In this document: one piece after another, positions 46,339-55,476 of the stretch
Layout: each line of letters starts with the position of its first letter
Position numbering within the stretch: the first letter of the stretch is position 1
Assembly (NCBI GenBank): GCA_963817955.1
Contig: CAWFQK010000002.1
Span: forward strand, 640,001-704,000
Direction of reading: 5' to 3'
Source of the DNA: an uncultured Gemmatimonadaceae bacterium
GTDB taxonomy: Bacteria > Gemmatimonadota > Gemmatimonadetes > Gemmatimonadales > Gemmatimonadaceae
Length of the DNA: 64,000 nt
The notes under the pieces: generated by a model
The model's input: the letters and a program-made list of their open reading frames with translations, nothing else
Told to the model about the DNA's origin: nothing
The model's database searches: none
Position numbers and translations under genes: made by a program

Positions 46339-47093
46339 TCAAGCTCACGAATCTCACGAAGCGCTACGGCGGCTTCACGGCCGTGAATGCGATCGCTCTC
46401 GACGTGCCGCGCGGCGAATTGTTCGGTTTCCTCGGCCCGAACGGCGCGGGCAAGACGACCACACTGCGCCTCATCGCCGGCATTCTCCGACCAACCAGCG
46501 GAACGATCGAGATTGGAGGCGTGAATCTCGCCGCCGACCCCATCAGAGCGAAGAGCAAACTCGGTTTCATCCCCGACCGACCCTTCATCTACGAGAAGCT
46601 CACCGGAGCTGAGTTTCTGCGCTTCGTCGCCGGGCTGTACAACCAGCAAGGCGCCCAGGTGGAGCACCGCGCGCGCGAACTGCTCGCGTTGTTCGACCTC
46701 GAGGAATGGCGCGATGAGTTGGTCGAGAGTTACAGCCACGGCATGCGACAGAAGCTGATCATCGCCAGCGCGTTCGTACACCGGCCGGAGGTGATCGTCG
46801 TCGACGAACCGATGATCGGCCTCGATCCCAAGGCGGCGCGCATCCTCAAGGATCTGTTCCGCGAGTATACCCGTCGCGGACACACGATCATGATGTCGAC
46901 GCACACCATGGAAGTGGCGGAAGCGCTGTGCGATCGCATCGCGATCATCCAGAGCGGCGTCATCCGCGCCTGTGGCACAATGGAGCAACTGCGCGCGAAC
47001 GCCGAGGCGGGCGCGACAGGCCTCGAGCAGATCTTCCTGCGCTTGACGGGAGAGAACGCCGCCCGTGCTCTGGTCGACGTGCTCGATGCGTGA
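46335..47093 (+). CDS. ABC transporter ATP-binding protein
   Basis: GPNGAGKTT, YSHGMRQK, IVVDEP, STH. Confidence 0.95.
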   Translation: MIKLTNLTKRYGGFTAVNAIALDVPRGELFGFLGPNGAGKTTTLRLIAGILRPTSGTIEIGGVNLAADPIRAKSKLGFIPDRPFIYEKLTGAEFLRFVAGLYNQQGAQVEHRARELLALFDLEEWRDELVESYSHGMRQKLIIASAFVHRPEVIVVDEPMIGLDPKAARILKDLFREYTRRGHTIMMSTHTMEVAEALCDRIAIIQSGVIRACGTMEQLRANAEAGATGLEQIFLRLTGENAARALVDVLDA

Positions 47094-48825
47094 CCCAGTG
47101 AGCGCGGCGATGGCTCCAGCCTCCGCCGCTTCCGGGCCGCCGTTGCCGAATCCGTCAACCGCGCACCTGCTCATGCCCAAGTGGCTCACGGCGCGCGCGC
47201 GCGCCGTGTCGGAGGAGCGCGGTCATGGGTTGCGCATGTTCTTTCTCGGCGTGTTTGGCCTCGGGTTCTGGGCGTTCATCTTCCTCATGCTGTACCGCCT
47301 GCTTCGCTACTTTCGCGGCGTACCGGAGATTGGTCCGCTGCTCGCCGGAAAGTTGCTCGGCTTGATCCTGGTGGGCTTCTTCTCGATTCTGCTGCTGTCG
47401 AATGTCATCACGGCGCTGTCGAGCTTCTTTCTCGCGCGCGATCTCGACCTGCTCGTCTCGGCGCCGGTCGATTGGCTCAATCTGTATCTCGCCAAGCTGC
47501 TCGAGACGATGGTGCACTCGAGCTGGATGGTGGTCCTGATGGCGGTGCCGATGTTTGCTGCGTACGGCGTGGTGTATGCGGGCGGCCCGCTGTTTCCCCT
47601 CGTTGTGCTCGTCACCTTCGTGCCGTTTCTCGTCGTGCCGGCGGTGATCGGCAGCGCGATCACCTTGTTGCTCGTGAACGTCTTTCCGGCGCGCCGCACT
47701 CGCGACATTCTCAGCGTCATTGCCGTGCTCGCGGCAGGCGGTGTCGTGGTGCTCTTCAGGCTCGTGCGGCCCGAGCGGCTGGCGCGTCCCGAAGGCTTTC
47801 GGTCGCTCGTGGACTTCATCACCCTCCTCCGCGGACCCACGTCGCCCATGCTGCCGAGCGAATGGGTGCAGCACGCAGTGATGTCGTGGGTGAGCGGGCG
47901 TACCCAATGGCTGCCGTTCTATCTGCTGTGGTCCACCGCCGCTGCGGCACTCGTGATTGGCGCCGTGATGCACCGATGGTTGTATGCCATGGGATTCAGC
48001 AAGGCGCAGGAGAGCGCGGAGCGCTGGGTGCGCAGCGGTGCCATGGCGCGCCTGGGTCGTGCATGCCTCGGTCCCCTCGGCGTCGTCCGCCGCGAGCTCG
48101 TGCTGAAAGAGGTGCGCCTCTTCTTCCGCGACACCACGCAATGGTCGCAGCTCATTCTGCTCGCCGTCCTCGTGATGGTTTACGTCTTCAACGTCAAGTT
48201 TCTCCCGCTCCGCGGAGAAGGCATGACCTTCTTCCTCGTGAACGTCGTGCCGTTTCTGAACCTCGTGCTCGCCGGCTTCGTGCTCGCGTCGATCGCCGCG
48301 CGGTTCATTTTCCCCGGAGTCAGCCTCGAGGGGCGCACCTTCTGGCTGCTGCGCTCGAGTCCGATGTCGATGCGCGAGCTGCTCTGGTCGAAGTTCTGGG
48401 TCGGCACGCTGCCGCTGCTGATCCTGGCGTTGGCGATCGTCGGAATCACGGATTACCTCCTGCAAGTCAGCAGCTTCATGTTCGCGGTATCAATCCTCAC
48501 GATCACGCTCATGACGATGGCCGTCGCGGGTCTGGCGATCGGGTTCGGGACGATGTTTCCACAGTTCGAGACCGAGAACGCGGCGCAGATTCCGACGTCG
48601 TTCGGCGGGCTCGTGTTCATGATGAGCTCCATCGCGCTCATTGGCGGCGTGGTGATCCTCGAAGCGCGCCCGGTCTATTCTTACCTTGGGGCGCAGGCAT
48701 TCGGCACACCGGCAAATCCGATGGAAATGATCATCGGATTTGGCATGGCCGTGATCCTCTGCGGGGCAGCTACCCTGGTGCCGATCGGGGTGGCTCTCCG
48801 GCGTCTGGAAACGATCGAGCGGTAG
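47086..48825 (+). CDS. ABC-2-type exporter permease (large multi-TM)
   Basis: About 12 TM helices, DLDLLVSAP, KEVRLFFRD, SLEGRTFWLLRSSP; coupled to the ATPase. Confidence 0.85.
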   Translation: MRDPVSAAMAPASAASGPPLPNPSTAHLLMPKWLTARARAVSEERGHGLRMFFLGVFGLGFWAFIFLMLYRLLRYFRGVPEIGPLLAGKLLGLILVGFFSILLLSNVITALSSFFLARDLDLLVSAPVDWLNLYLAKLLETMVHSSWMVVLMAVPMFAAYGVVYAGGPLFPLVVLVTFVPFLVVPAVIGSAITLLLVNVFPARRTRDILSVIAVLAAGGVVVLFRLVRPERLARPEGFRSLVDFITLLRGPTSPMLPSEWVQHAVMSWVSGRTQWLPFYLLWSTAAAALVIGAVMHRWLYAMGFSKAQESAERWVRSGAMARLGRACLGPLGVVRRELVLKEVRLFFRDTTQWSQLILLAVLVMVYVFNVKFLPLRGEGMTFFLVNVVPFLNLVLAGFVLASIAARFIFPGVSLEGRTFWLLRSSPMSMRELLWSKFWVGTLPLLILALAIVGITDYLLQVSSFMFAVSILTITLMTMAVAGLAIGFGTMFPQFETENAAQIPTSFGGLVFMMSSIALIGGVVILEARPVYSYLGAQAFGTPANPMEMIIGFGMAVILCGAATLVPIGVALRRLETIER

Positions 48826-48984
48826 GGGCCCCAGTCTACCTTCCGTCCAGTGTGACGCTGCGCCAGGTGCCGGGGTGTCTTACTCGGAATCCCGATCCCT
48901 CGGGACGCCTTCAGTCGATTAGACCCGCTCGCCACCGATCGTGTGTAGGACGAGCCGATCGCCCCCCATTAGGAGAAACCTCAG

Positions 48985-49317
48985 ATGAAGCGTTTGTCGA
49001 TCGCTATCGCCGCGCTGTTGATCGCCGGCACGCAACTCCACGCCCAGGATACCGCAAAGAAGGTCACGCCAGCTGGTGCCGCCAAGGCCACCACCAAGGC
49101 TGCGGGCAAGGCCGCTGCCACCAAGACCGCTGCCACCAAGACGGACGCCAAGGTAGCTACGAAGGCCGCCACGGCCGCCACGACGGAAGCCCCGGCTGCA
49201 ACCGCCGCCGCCACCGCTGCTCCAAAGACCGGCGTCAAGGCAGCAAGCACCAAGACAGGCACGAAGGGCAAGAAGACCGCTGCCGCCGCGAAGGATACGA
49301 CAGCGAAAAAGCCGTAA
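48985..49317 (+). CDS. Secreted Ala/Lys/Thr-rich low-complexity protein
   Basis: AGGAGA SD, signal peptide MKRLSIAIAALLIAGTQLHA-Q, AAKATTKAA repeats. Confidence 0.8.
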   Translation: MKRLSIAIAALLIAGTQLHAQDTAKKVTPAGAAKATTKAAGKAAATKTAATKTDAKVATKAATAATTEAPAATAAATAAPKTGVKAASTKTGTKGKKTAAAAKDTTAKKP

Positions 49318-49339
49318 CGCTCACTGCTTCACCGGCGGG

Positions 49340-49828
49340 TCAAGCCCCGAGCGGGCTCCCGCAGGTCTCGCAGTACCGCGCGTCATGCGCCACGACAGGT
49401 GCGCCGCAACCGGCGCACCTGTCGTGTAAGTACCGGCCGCAGCCCGAGCAGAACGCGGCATCCGATTCCGGACGTGGACCGCACGTCGGACACGTGGGGT
49501 GGCGTTCCCGAAACACGCTCACCGCCACCTCGATCTCGTCATCGCTCGGCGCCGCCGTCACGACGGGACTGTTCGCTTCGCGGCGCATGGCCACCACCGC
49601 CTGCTGCGTGTACCGCGCTCTCAGTTCGGCATAGTCTGTGTCCGACAATTTGCCCGTGGCCCGGTCGAACTCGATCTCGCGCAACGCGGTCACCGCCTCA
49701 TCGCGCTCGCTCATGCGCGGAGCGACCGCGGCATAGTGCCGTACGCTCGTCGTGCCGAAAAACAGTGGGTAGAGCACGAACGCCAGCGCACCGACCGCGA
49801 GCAGGCTTCCGATCAGCAAGGCGGTCAT
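49340..49828 (-). CDS. Membrane-anchored CcmI-N-like protein with double zinc ribbon
   Basis: TM, ALREIEFDRATGKLSDTDY, four CxxC pairs; last gene of the ccm cluster. Confidence 0.75.
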   Translation of the reverse strand: MTALLIGSLLAVGALAFVLYPLFFGTTSVRHYAAVAPRMSERDEAVTALREIEFDRATGKLSDTDYAELRARYTQQAVVAMRREANSPVVTAAPSDDEIEVAVSVFRERHPTCPTCGPRPESDAAFCSGCGRYLHDRCAGCGAPVVAHDARYCETCGSPLGA

Positions 49829-50445
49829 CAGGCGTCATCTCCTTTCACTGCTGCGTCGAGTCGTTCCAGCTCGTCCAGCGTCGCGTCGCTCGTCGTGGGG
49901 TGGGCGACGATCTGCTCTCGACGCTCGGCGCCCCACCGCCGAAGCATCAAGGCGAGGGCGCCGCCGCCAACGATGACCGCGAGACCCGGAGTGACCCAGG
50001 CCAGCAGGTTGAAACCGGATTTTTTCGGCGCCATGAGAGCACGTTCACCGTAGGCGCCGACAAAGGCGTCGATGATCTCCTGCCCCGTGTATCCACCCTG
50101 CACGAGCGCCATGATGTCGCGGTGCATGGCCGGTGAGACCTGACAGGAAAAATCCGTCGTGCGGCAAGTGAACACGTCGAGCGTGCAGCCACACTGGCAG
50201 CGGATATGAGTCTCGACCTCGTCGCGCTGATCGTTCGTCATCGACGGAACAGCATTCGGCTTGGGCGGAAGCTGTACCGAGCGCGCCGCACCCTGGTCCA
50301 TCGCGAACAGGTTCGTCGTATCACGCACGACGCTGGAGTCGTGCATCACCATGCCGCGCTGTTGTGCGCTGGCGACGCGCGCCCCGCCGATCACTGCCGC
50401 AGTACCGCCGGCGACGCGGGCCAGAAAATCACGACGCGACGTCAT
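49828..50445 (-). CDS. ccmH: Cytochrome c biogenesis protein CcmH-like with Tat signal
   Basis: ATG overlaps the ccmF stop; SRRDFL, IRCQCGC, GYTGQEIIDAFVGAYGERALMAP, LLAWVTP TM. Confidence 0.85.
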   Translation of the reverse strand: MTSRRDFLARVAGGTAAVIGGARVASAQQRGMVMHDSSVVRDTTNLFAMDQGAARSVQLPPKPNAVPSMTNDQRDEVETHIRCQCGCTLDVFTCRTTDFSCQVSPAMHRDIMALVQGGYTGQEIIDAFVGAYGERALMAPKKSGFNLLAWVTPGLAVIVGGGALALMLRRWGAERREQIVAHPTTSDATLDELERLDAAVKGDDA

Positions 50446-52481
50446 ACGCTCACCGGCAGTTCGGTTGCCATCGCCGGGGATGGGGGCATCACCGCGGCAT
50501 ACCCGGGTTGTGCGCGCCGACGCTCGGCCTGCGGCCACATCACGACGAGGCCGCCAATGGTCATGAGGTACCCGCCAATCCAGACCCACATCACCAGGGG
50601 ATTGAAGGTGACGCGCAGCTCCGCTGTGTCGCTGCCACGCACCCCGGCGAGCACCACATAGGTGTCGAGCTTGGGCGTGGAATGAATACCAACCGCGGTG
50701 ATTGGCTGGAACAGCGGGTTGCGCTGCGAGTCGAAGTACTGCCGCTTTTCGCTCGTGATGATCCCTTGGCGCTTCCCGTCCTTGTATGTCTCCAGTCCCA
50801 CTCCCACGACATCGCGGTCGACGCGGCTGGACGTGGACACGCCCTGGCTCACGAAGCGCCACTGGTGGCCGTACGGGTCGCGCACGTCATATGCCTCGCC
50901 GGTCTTCAGCGTCACGTCATGCTCGGTCTTGAACGCCATCCCCGAGAACGCGGCGAAGAGCATGACGACGCCTGCATGCACGATGTATCCGCCATACCGC
51001 CGTCGGTTGCGCGCCACGAGCCGAACGAACGCGATGATGAAACCCTCGCTGTGAATCACCTGCCGCGCGCGCATTCCCTTGTAGAACTCCTGCACGATGG
51101 TGCCCGCGACGAAGGCGCACAGTGCGTACGTCATGAGCGGATAGAACGCGCGCATGCCGAGGGCGAGGAGTGCCGCGGCCACGATCAGCCCGAACACGGC
51201 GGGCGCGGCGAACTGCCGCTGCAAATTCGACACAGACGCCTTGCGCCACGCGATCAGCGGTCCAACGCCCGTGAGTGCTAGCAGCAAGAGACCCAGCGGC
51301 ACGTTGACGCTGTTGAAGAATGGCGGGCCCACGGTGATCTTATTGTGACGCACCCATTCGGAGATGATCGGAAAAACGGTCCCCCAGAGTACGGCGAACG
51401 AGACCCCGCAGAGCAGCAGATTGTTGTACAGGAACGCTGCCTCTCGACTGACCATGCTCTCGAGCTCAGCCTTCGCTTCCAGATCCCGAAGGCGCGTGGC
51501 AACGAGATAGATCGTGATCCCCGTGGACAAGAAGAAGAACGCGGCGAACCACGGACCCACCGGCGATTCGGCGAACGAGTGCACGCTCTCGATGACGCCG
51601 CTGCGCGTGATGAACGTGCCGAAGATTGCGAGCAGGAAGCTCACCACGACCAGGACCACGTTCCACTTCCGCAGCATGCCCCGCTTTTCCTGCACCATGA
51701 TCGAGTGCAGGAATGCCGTGGTCGTGAGCCATGGAAGCAGCGACGAGTTCTCCACCGGATCCCACGCCCAGTAGCCGCCCCACCCGAGCTCGACGTACGC
51801 CCACCACATGCCGAGCACGATACCAACCGTGAGGAAGAACCACGACACCAGCGCCCAGCGCCGAACCGCCCCAAGCCACTCCGCGTCGAGCCGGCGGGTG
51901 AACAGCGCGGCGATCGCGAAGGCGAATGGGACTGCCGTCGCCACATACCCGAGGTACAGACTGGGCGGATGGAACGCCATGCCCGGGTTCTGTAGCTGCG
52001 GATTCATCCCCTGGCCATCGATCGGCGTGAAATCGAGCCGAGCGAAGGGGTTCGCCTTGAGGCAGATCGTGAGGATGAAGAACAGCAACACCGCGGAGAG
52101 CGTGCCCGTCGCCCATGGCACGAGCTCGCGATTGCGCTTACGGCTCGTGGCGATCGCGAGCGTCCCGTACATCGACAGGATCAACGCCCAGAAGAGCAGC
52201 GATCCCTGTTGACCGCTCCAGAACGCGGTGAAGATGTAGGCGTTCGGCATGTTCGCGCTGATGTGGCTCGCGACGTACTCCACCGAGAAGTCGCGCGACA
52301 ACATCGCCGTCCACAACCCCACCGATGCCAGCACGACCATCGCGAACGTCATGTACAGCCCGCGAACGCCGCTGTCGATCAAGTCATCGCGGCGCAGGGT
52401 ACCGCCCGCGAACGATACCGTCGTAGACCACGCTGCCATCAGCAGCGCAACCCAGAGCGACAACTCACCAATCAATGTCAC
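50442..52481 (-). CDS. ccmF: Heme lyase CcmF
   Basis: HPPSLYLGY, WAYVELGWGGYWAWDPVEN, TRSGVIESVHSF. Confidence 0.97.
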   Translation of the reverse strand: MTLIGELSLWVALLMAAWSTTVSFAGGTLRRDDLIDSGVRGLYMTFAMVVLASVGLWTAMLSRDFSVEYVASHISANMPNAYIFTAFWSGQQGSLLFWALILSMYGTLAIATSRKRNRELVPWATGTLSAVLLFFILTICLKANPFARLDFTPIDGQGMNPQLQNPGMAFHPPSLYLGYVATAVPFAFAIAALFTRRLDAEWLGAVRRWALVSWFFLTVGIVLGMWWAYVELGWGGYWAWDPVENSSLLPWLTTTAFLHSIMVQEKRGMLRKWNVVLVVVSFLLAIFGTFITRSGVIESVHSFAESPVGPWFAAFFFLSTGITIYLVATRLRDLEAKAELESMVSREAAFLYNNLLLCGVSFAVLWGTVFPIISEWVRHNKITVGPPFFNSVNVPLGLLLLALTGVGPLIAWRKASVSNLQRQFAAPAVFGLIVAAALLALGMRAFYPLMTYALCAFVAGTIVQEFYKGMRARQVIHSEGFIIAFVRLVARNRRRYGGYIVHAGVVMLFAAFSGMAFKTEHDVTLKTGEAYDVRDPYGHQWRFVSQGVSTSSRVDRDVVGVGLETYKDGKRQGIITSEKRQYFDSQRNPLFQPITAVGIHSTPKLDTYVVLAGVRGSDTAELRVTFNPLVMWVWIGGYLMTIGGLVVMWPQAERRRAQPGYAAVMPPSPAMATELPVSV

Positions 52482-52924
52482 GCGGCACGCGCTCCGGCCT
52501 TGTAGCCCGCAGTCTGTTTGTACTTTTGCGGCGCGTTCTCATATCGCGAAGCACATTTGGCCAACAATTCGGTCGCCTGAAAGGTGCCGTCTGTGCCCAT
52601 GCGTCCGGACACCACGACATCCACGCTATCCGTGAACGTGTCCGGCGCGATACCCCGGTAAACCACAGGAAACGTGTGGCTACCGTCCGTCACTTGGAAC
52701 GCGTACTCCTTGCCGCCGGGATCGCGCTTGATCGAACCTGGCACCACGCGCGCGCCAATCTTCACGCCCGCGTTGGTGAAGCTAGGATCGGACTGCAGCT
52801 TGGCGGAGAGCTCCGTGGGCGTCAGATAATAGACGCCGGTCTCCTTGATCGAGCTGGCCATGAGATAGCCGGCCACACCGAGCACCAGGGCACCGCCAAT
52901 GAGGAATTTCGACCGTGCTTTCAT
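52478..52924 (-). CDS. ccmE: Heme chaperone CcmE, Cys variant
   Basis: YYLTPTEL, VVPGSI, YRGIAPDTF, LLAKCASRY (CxxxY). Confidence 0.92.
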   Translation of the reverse strand: MKARSKFLIGGALVLGVAGYLMASSIKETGVYYLTPTELSAKLQSDPSFTNAGVKIGARVVPGSIKRDPGGKEYAFQVTDGSHTFPVVYRGIAPDTFTDSVDVVVSGRMGTDGTFQATELLAKCASRYENAPQKYKQTAGYKAGARAA

Positions 52925-53030
52925 TAAAAGGACCTCGAGTCCAGACGATGACTGCGCTCGCTGCGCGCCATTCGCCGCCCTCCAATATAAGCTCCGCGCA
53001 CACCGCTAGCTCCTGCGCCCCCCCATGGGT

Positions 53031-53357
53031 TCACCGCTCCGTATGAACGAGCAGCGCGCTTGCTGCCACGATTCCGGCGGCGTCCCACGATAGATCTTTC
53101 GCGCTCGCGGTGCCGCCGCTGTGCTGATCGTACACCTCCTTCCCCACGCTGGTTGCCGACGCCACGAGTGTCGCGCCAGCCAACGCATTGCCGCGGTTCG
53201 CTCCAGTCAGACGAAGAGCGCTGAACGACGCACTCTGCACGAAGGCCGCCGTGACAAAATGCTTTGCTTTGTCTGCTGAGAACCACCGATCCCCGCCCGA
53301 ATGGTCTCCGCCGCCCCCCCCCCAGTGCAGTGTGAACAGCAGCGCCAGGCCACGCAT
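53031..53357 (-). CDS. YfiM/DUF2279-like small membrane protein
   Basis: DRWFSADKAKHF, GKEVYD, SAKDLSWDAAG; ATG overlaps the UDG stop. Confidence 0.75.
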   Translation of the reverse strand: MRGLALLFTLHWGGGGGDHSGGDRWFSADKAKHFVTAAFVQSASFSALRLTGANRGNALAGATLVASATSVGKEVYDQHSGGTASAKDLSWDAAGIVAASALLVHTER

Positions 53358-53989
53358 CAGGCCACGCTCCGCTTTGTTTGCCCGGTTGAGATCCCCAAGC
53401 GCTCCAGCTCGCTGCCGATCAGCGCGAGCGCCCGGTCGAGGAGCTGTGGATGTTCGCCCTGATGAATCCAGCTGCTCGCACCAGAAGGATGCGGCAACGG
53501 AATGGCCAACGAGGCTCCGCCGACATGCGACACCTCGTGTCCGCGCCCGATCAGTTGATCGAGCGGAAGGTTCGGCAGAAAGCGCGCGATCGCCAAGCGG
53601 CCGACCGGCACGAGCACCGCCGGCTGAATGATGCGCAACTCCTGCTCGAGCCACGCGGCACACGCAGCCTGCTCACGCGCCGATGGAACGCGATCTCCGC
53701 GCCCGCTCGCACTCGGGCCTGGGTAGCAGCGCGTGATCGCCGCGATGTAGATATGCCGCCGGGCGGTCTGCTCATCCACGCCGACGCGCTCGAGCCAGCG
53801 GAATAGCGTCCTGCCCGCACGGCCGGCGAATGGCTGTCCGCCGGCCGCTTCCACTTTACCGGGCGCCTGACCTACGAGCATCACCCTTGGCGCGACGGCG
53901 CGCGACACAATCGGCTGCACGCCTGCTCCATACCCGCACATTCGGCAATTGGCGAGCGCGCGACAATGCGACTCGAGACGCGACACCAT
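53357..53989 (-). CDS. Uracil-DNA glycosylase superfamily protein (family 4/5-like)
   Basis: CRMC, VGQAPG, PFAGRAG, RCYPG, PLPHPSG. Confidence 0.88.
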   Translation of the reverse strand: MVSRLESHCRALANCRMCGYGAGVQPIVSRAVAPRVMLVGQAPGKVEAAGGQPFAGRAGRTLFRWLERVGVDEQTARRHIYIAAITRCYPGPSASGRGDRVPSAREQAACAAWLEQELRIIQPAVLVPVGRLAIARFLPNLPLDQLIGRGHEVSHVGGASLAIPLPHPSGASSWIHQGEHPQLLDRALALIGSELERLGISTGQTKRSVA

Positions 53990-53991
53990 CC

Positions 53992-55476
53992 TCAGCCCTC
54001 GTGCGCCGCGTCGCGCGCCCATGCAATGGCGCAACGAACGGCGCGATGCCAACCGTTCATGAGCATCGTAGCCTGATCTCGATTCATGTGCGGTGCGAAT
54101 GATCGAGAGCGCCGCGTGGTGAGAAAATCGTCCACGTTCTTCCATACGCCTGCCGCAATGCCTGCCAATCCCGCTGCGCCGAGCGCGGTTGTCTCCACCA
54201 TGTCAGGACGCTCCACGGCAACACCCAGTACATCCGCCTGGAACTGCATCAGCCAGTCGTTCGTCGTCGCACCGCCATCGACACGCAGACGATCGAAGCT
54301 CGCACCGCTTGCCTCGCGCATGCTCGTCAACACATCCGCCGTCGCGTACGCCATTGCCTCCAGCGTTGCGCGCACCAGATGCGCACGTCGCGTTCCACGC
54401 GTCAGCCCGACGATCGTGCCTCGTGCCTCGGCTTCCCAATGTGGCGCGCCGAGGCCGGTGAGCGCGGGCACAAAGTAGACGCCATCAGTTGAGTCCACGG
54501 AACGCGCGATCGCGTCGCTGTCGCTCGCCTGCGCGATGAGGCCGAGTCCGTCGCGCAGCCACTGCACCGCGGCGCCGGCAATGAAGATTGCGGCCTCGAG
54601 CGCGTACGCGGGCCCACCCGTCGCGTCACACGCGATGGTCGTGAGCAAGCCACTCCGTGGGACAGGGCGTTCCGAGCCGGCGTTCAGCAAGAGAAAGGCG
54701 CCGGTACCGTAGGTGTTCTTGCCGGTGCCGCGCGTACAGCACCCTTGGCCGAATAGGGCCGCCTGCTGATCACCGGCAATCCCGAGGATCGGGAGGTCGA
54801 CACCGAGGAACGAAGCCGACGCTGTACCGAACTCGCCGCTCGACCGTCGCACCTCGGGGAGCATCTCCTTTGGAACCCCGAACAGCGCACACAGCTCGTC
54901 GCTCCACGCCAATTGGTCGATGTCGTACAGCATGGTGCGCGACGCATTGGTCGGATCGGTGGCGTGCACCGCGCCGCCCGTGAAATTCCAAACGAGCCAG
55001 CTATCGATGGTACCGATGGCGAGATCGGCCGCTCGATACCGCGTCAACAACCGCTGCGTGTGCAACAACCATTCGATCTTGGTCGCCGAAAAGTATGGAT
55101 CGGGACGCAGTCCGGTACGCTGCGAGAGCCATGCAGCGCGCGGCGCCAGGTCCTGACACCGCTTGGCCGTCCGCCGATCCTGCCACACGAGGGCGCGATG
55201 CACCGGCCGGCCAGTCGCACGTTCCCAGATCACAACCGTTTCCCGCTGATTCGTGATTCCGACCGCCACGGGATCCGCCCCCGCGCTCGCAATCGCATCA
55301 CGCGCGGCGAGCCTGACGCATTCGAGAATCTCGACCGCGTCATGCTCCACCCACCCAGGCTGCGGAAAGTACTGCGGGATTTCGCGATAGCCCCGGCCAG
55401 CGACGTGGCCGTCTTCACCTATCATCAGGCAGGTAGTGCCGGTCGTTCCTTCGTCGATCGCCAGAACGTGTTTCAC
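53992..55476 (-). CDS. glpK: Glycerol kinase
   Basis: AIDEGTTG, GITNQRET, WQDRRT, GDQQAALFGQ, KNTYGTG, LRVDGGA. Confidence 0.97.
   Translation of the reverse strand: MKHVLAIDEGTTGTTCLMIGEDGHVAGRGYREIPQYFPQPGWVEHDAVEILECVRLAARDAIASAGADPVAVGITNQRETVVIWERATGRPVHRALVWQDRRTAKRCQDLAPRAAWLSQRTGLRPDPYFSATKIEWLLHTQRLLTRYRAADLAIGTIDSWLVWNFTGGAVHATDPTNASRTMLYDIDQLAWSDELCALFGVPKEMLPEVRRSSGEFGTASASFLGVDLPILGIAGDQQAALFGQGCCTRGTGKNTYGTGAFLLLNAGSERPVPRSGLLTTIACDATGGPAYALEAAIFIAGAAVQWLRDGLGLIAQASDSDAIARSVDSTDGVYFVPALTGLGAPHWEAEARGTIVGLTRGTRRAHLVRATLEAMAYATADVLTSMREASGASFDRLRVDGGATTNDWLMQFQADVLGVAVERPDMVETTALGAAGLAGIAAGVWKNVDDFLTTRRSRSFAPHMNRDQATMLMNGWHRAVRCAIAWARDAAHEG

Noticed and set aside
46335..48825. 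ABC pair as CcmA/CcmB for the neighbouring ccm cluster
   Set aside because: Opposite strand, coupled to the transglutaminase gene, and the ~580-aa permease is far larger than CcmB.
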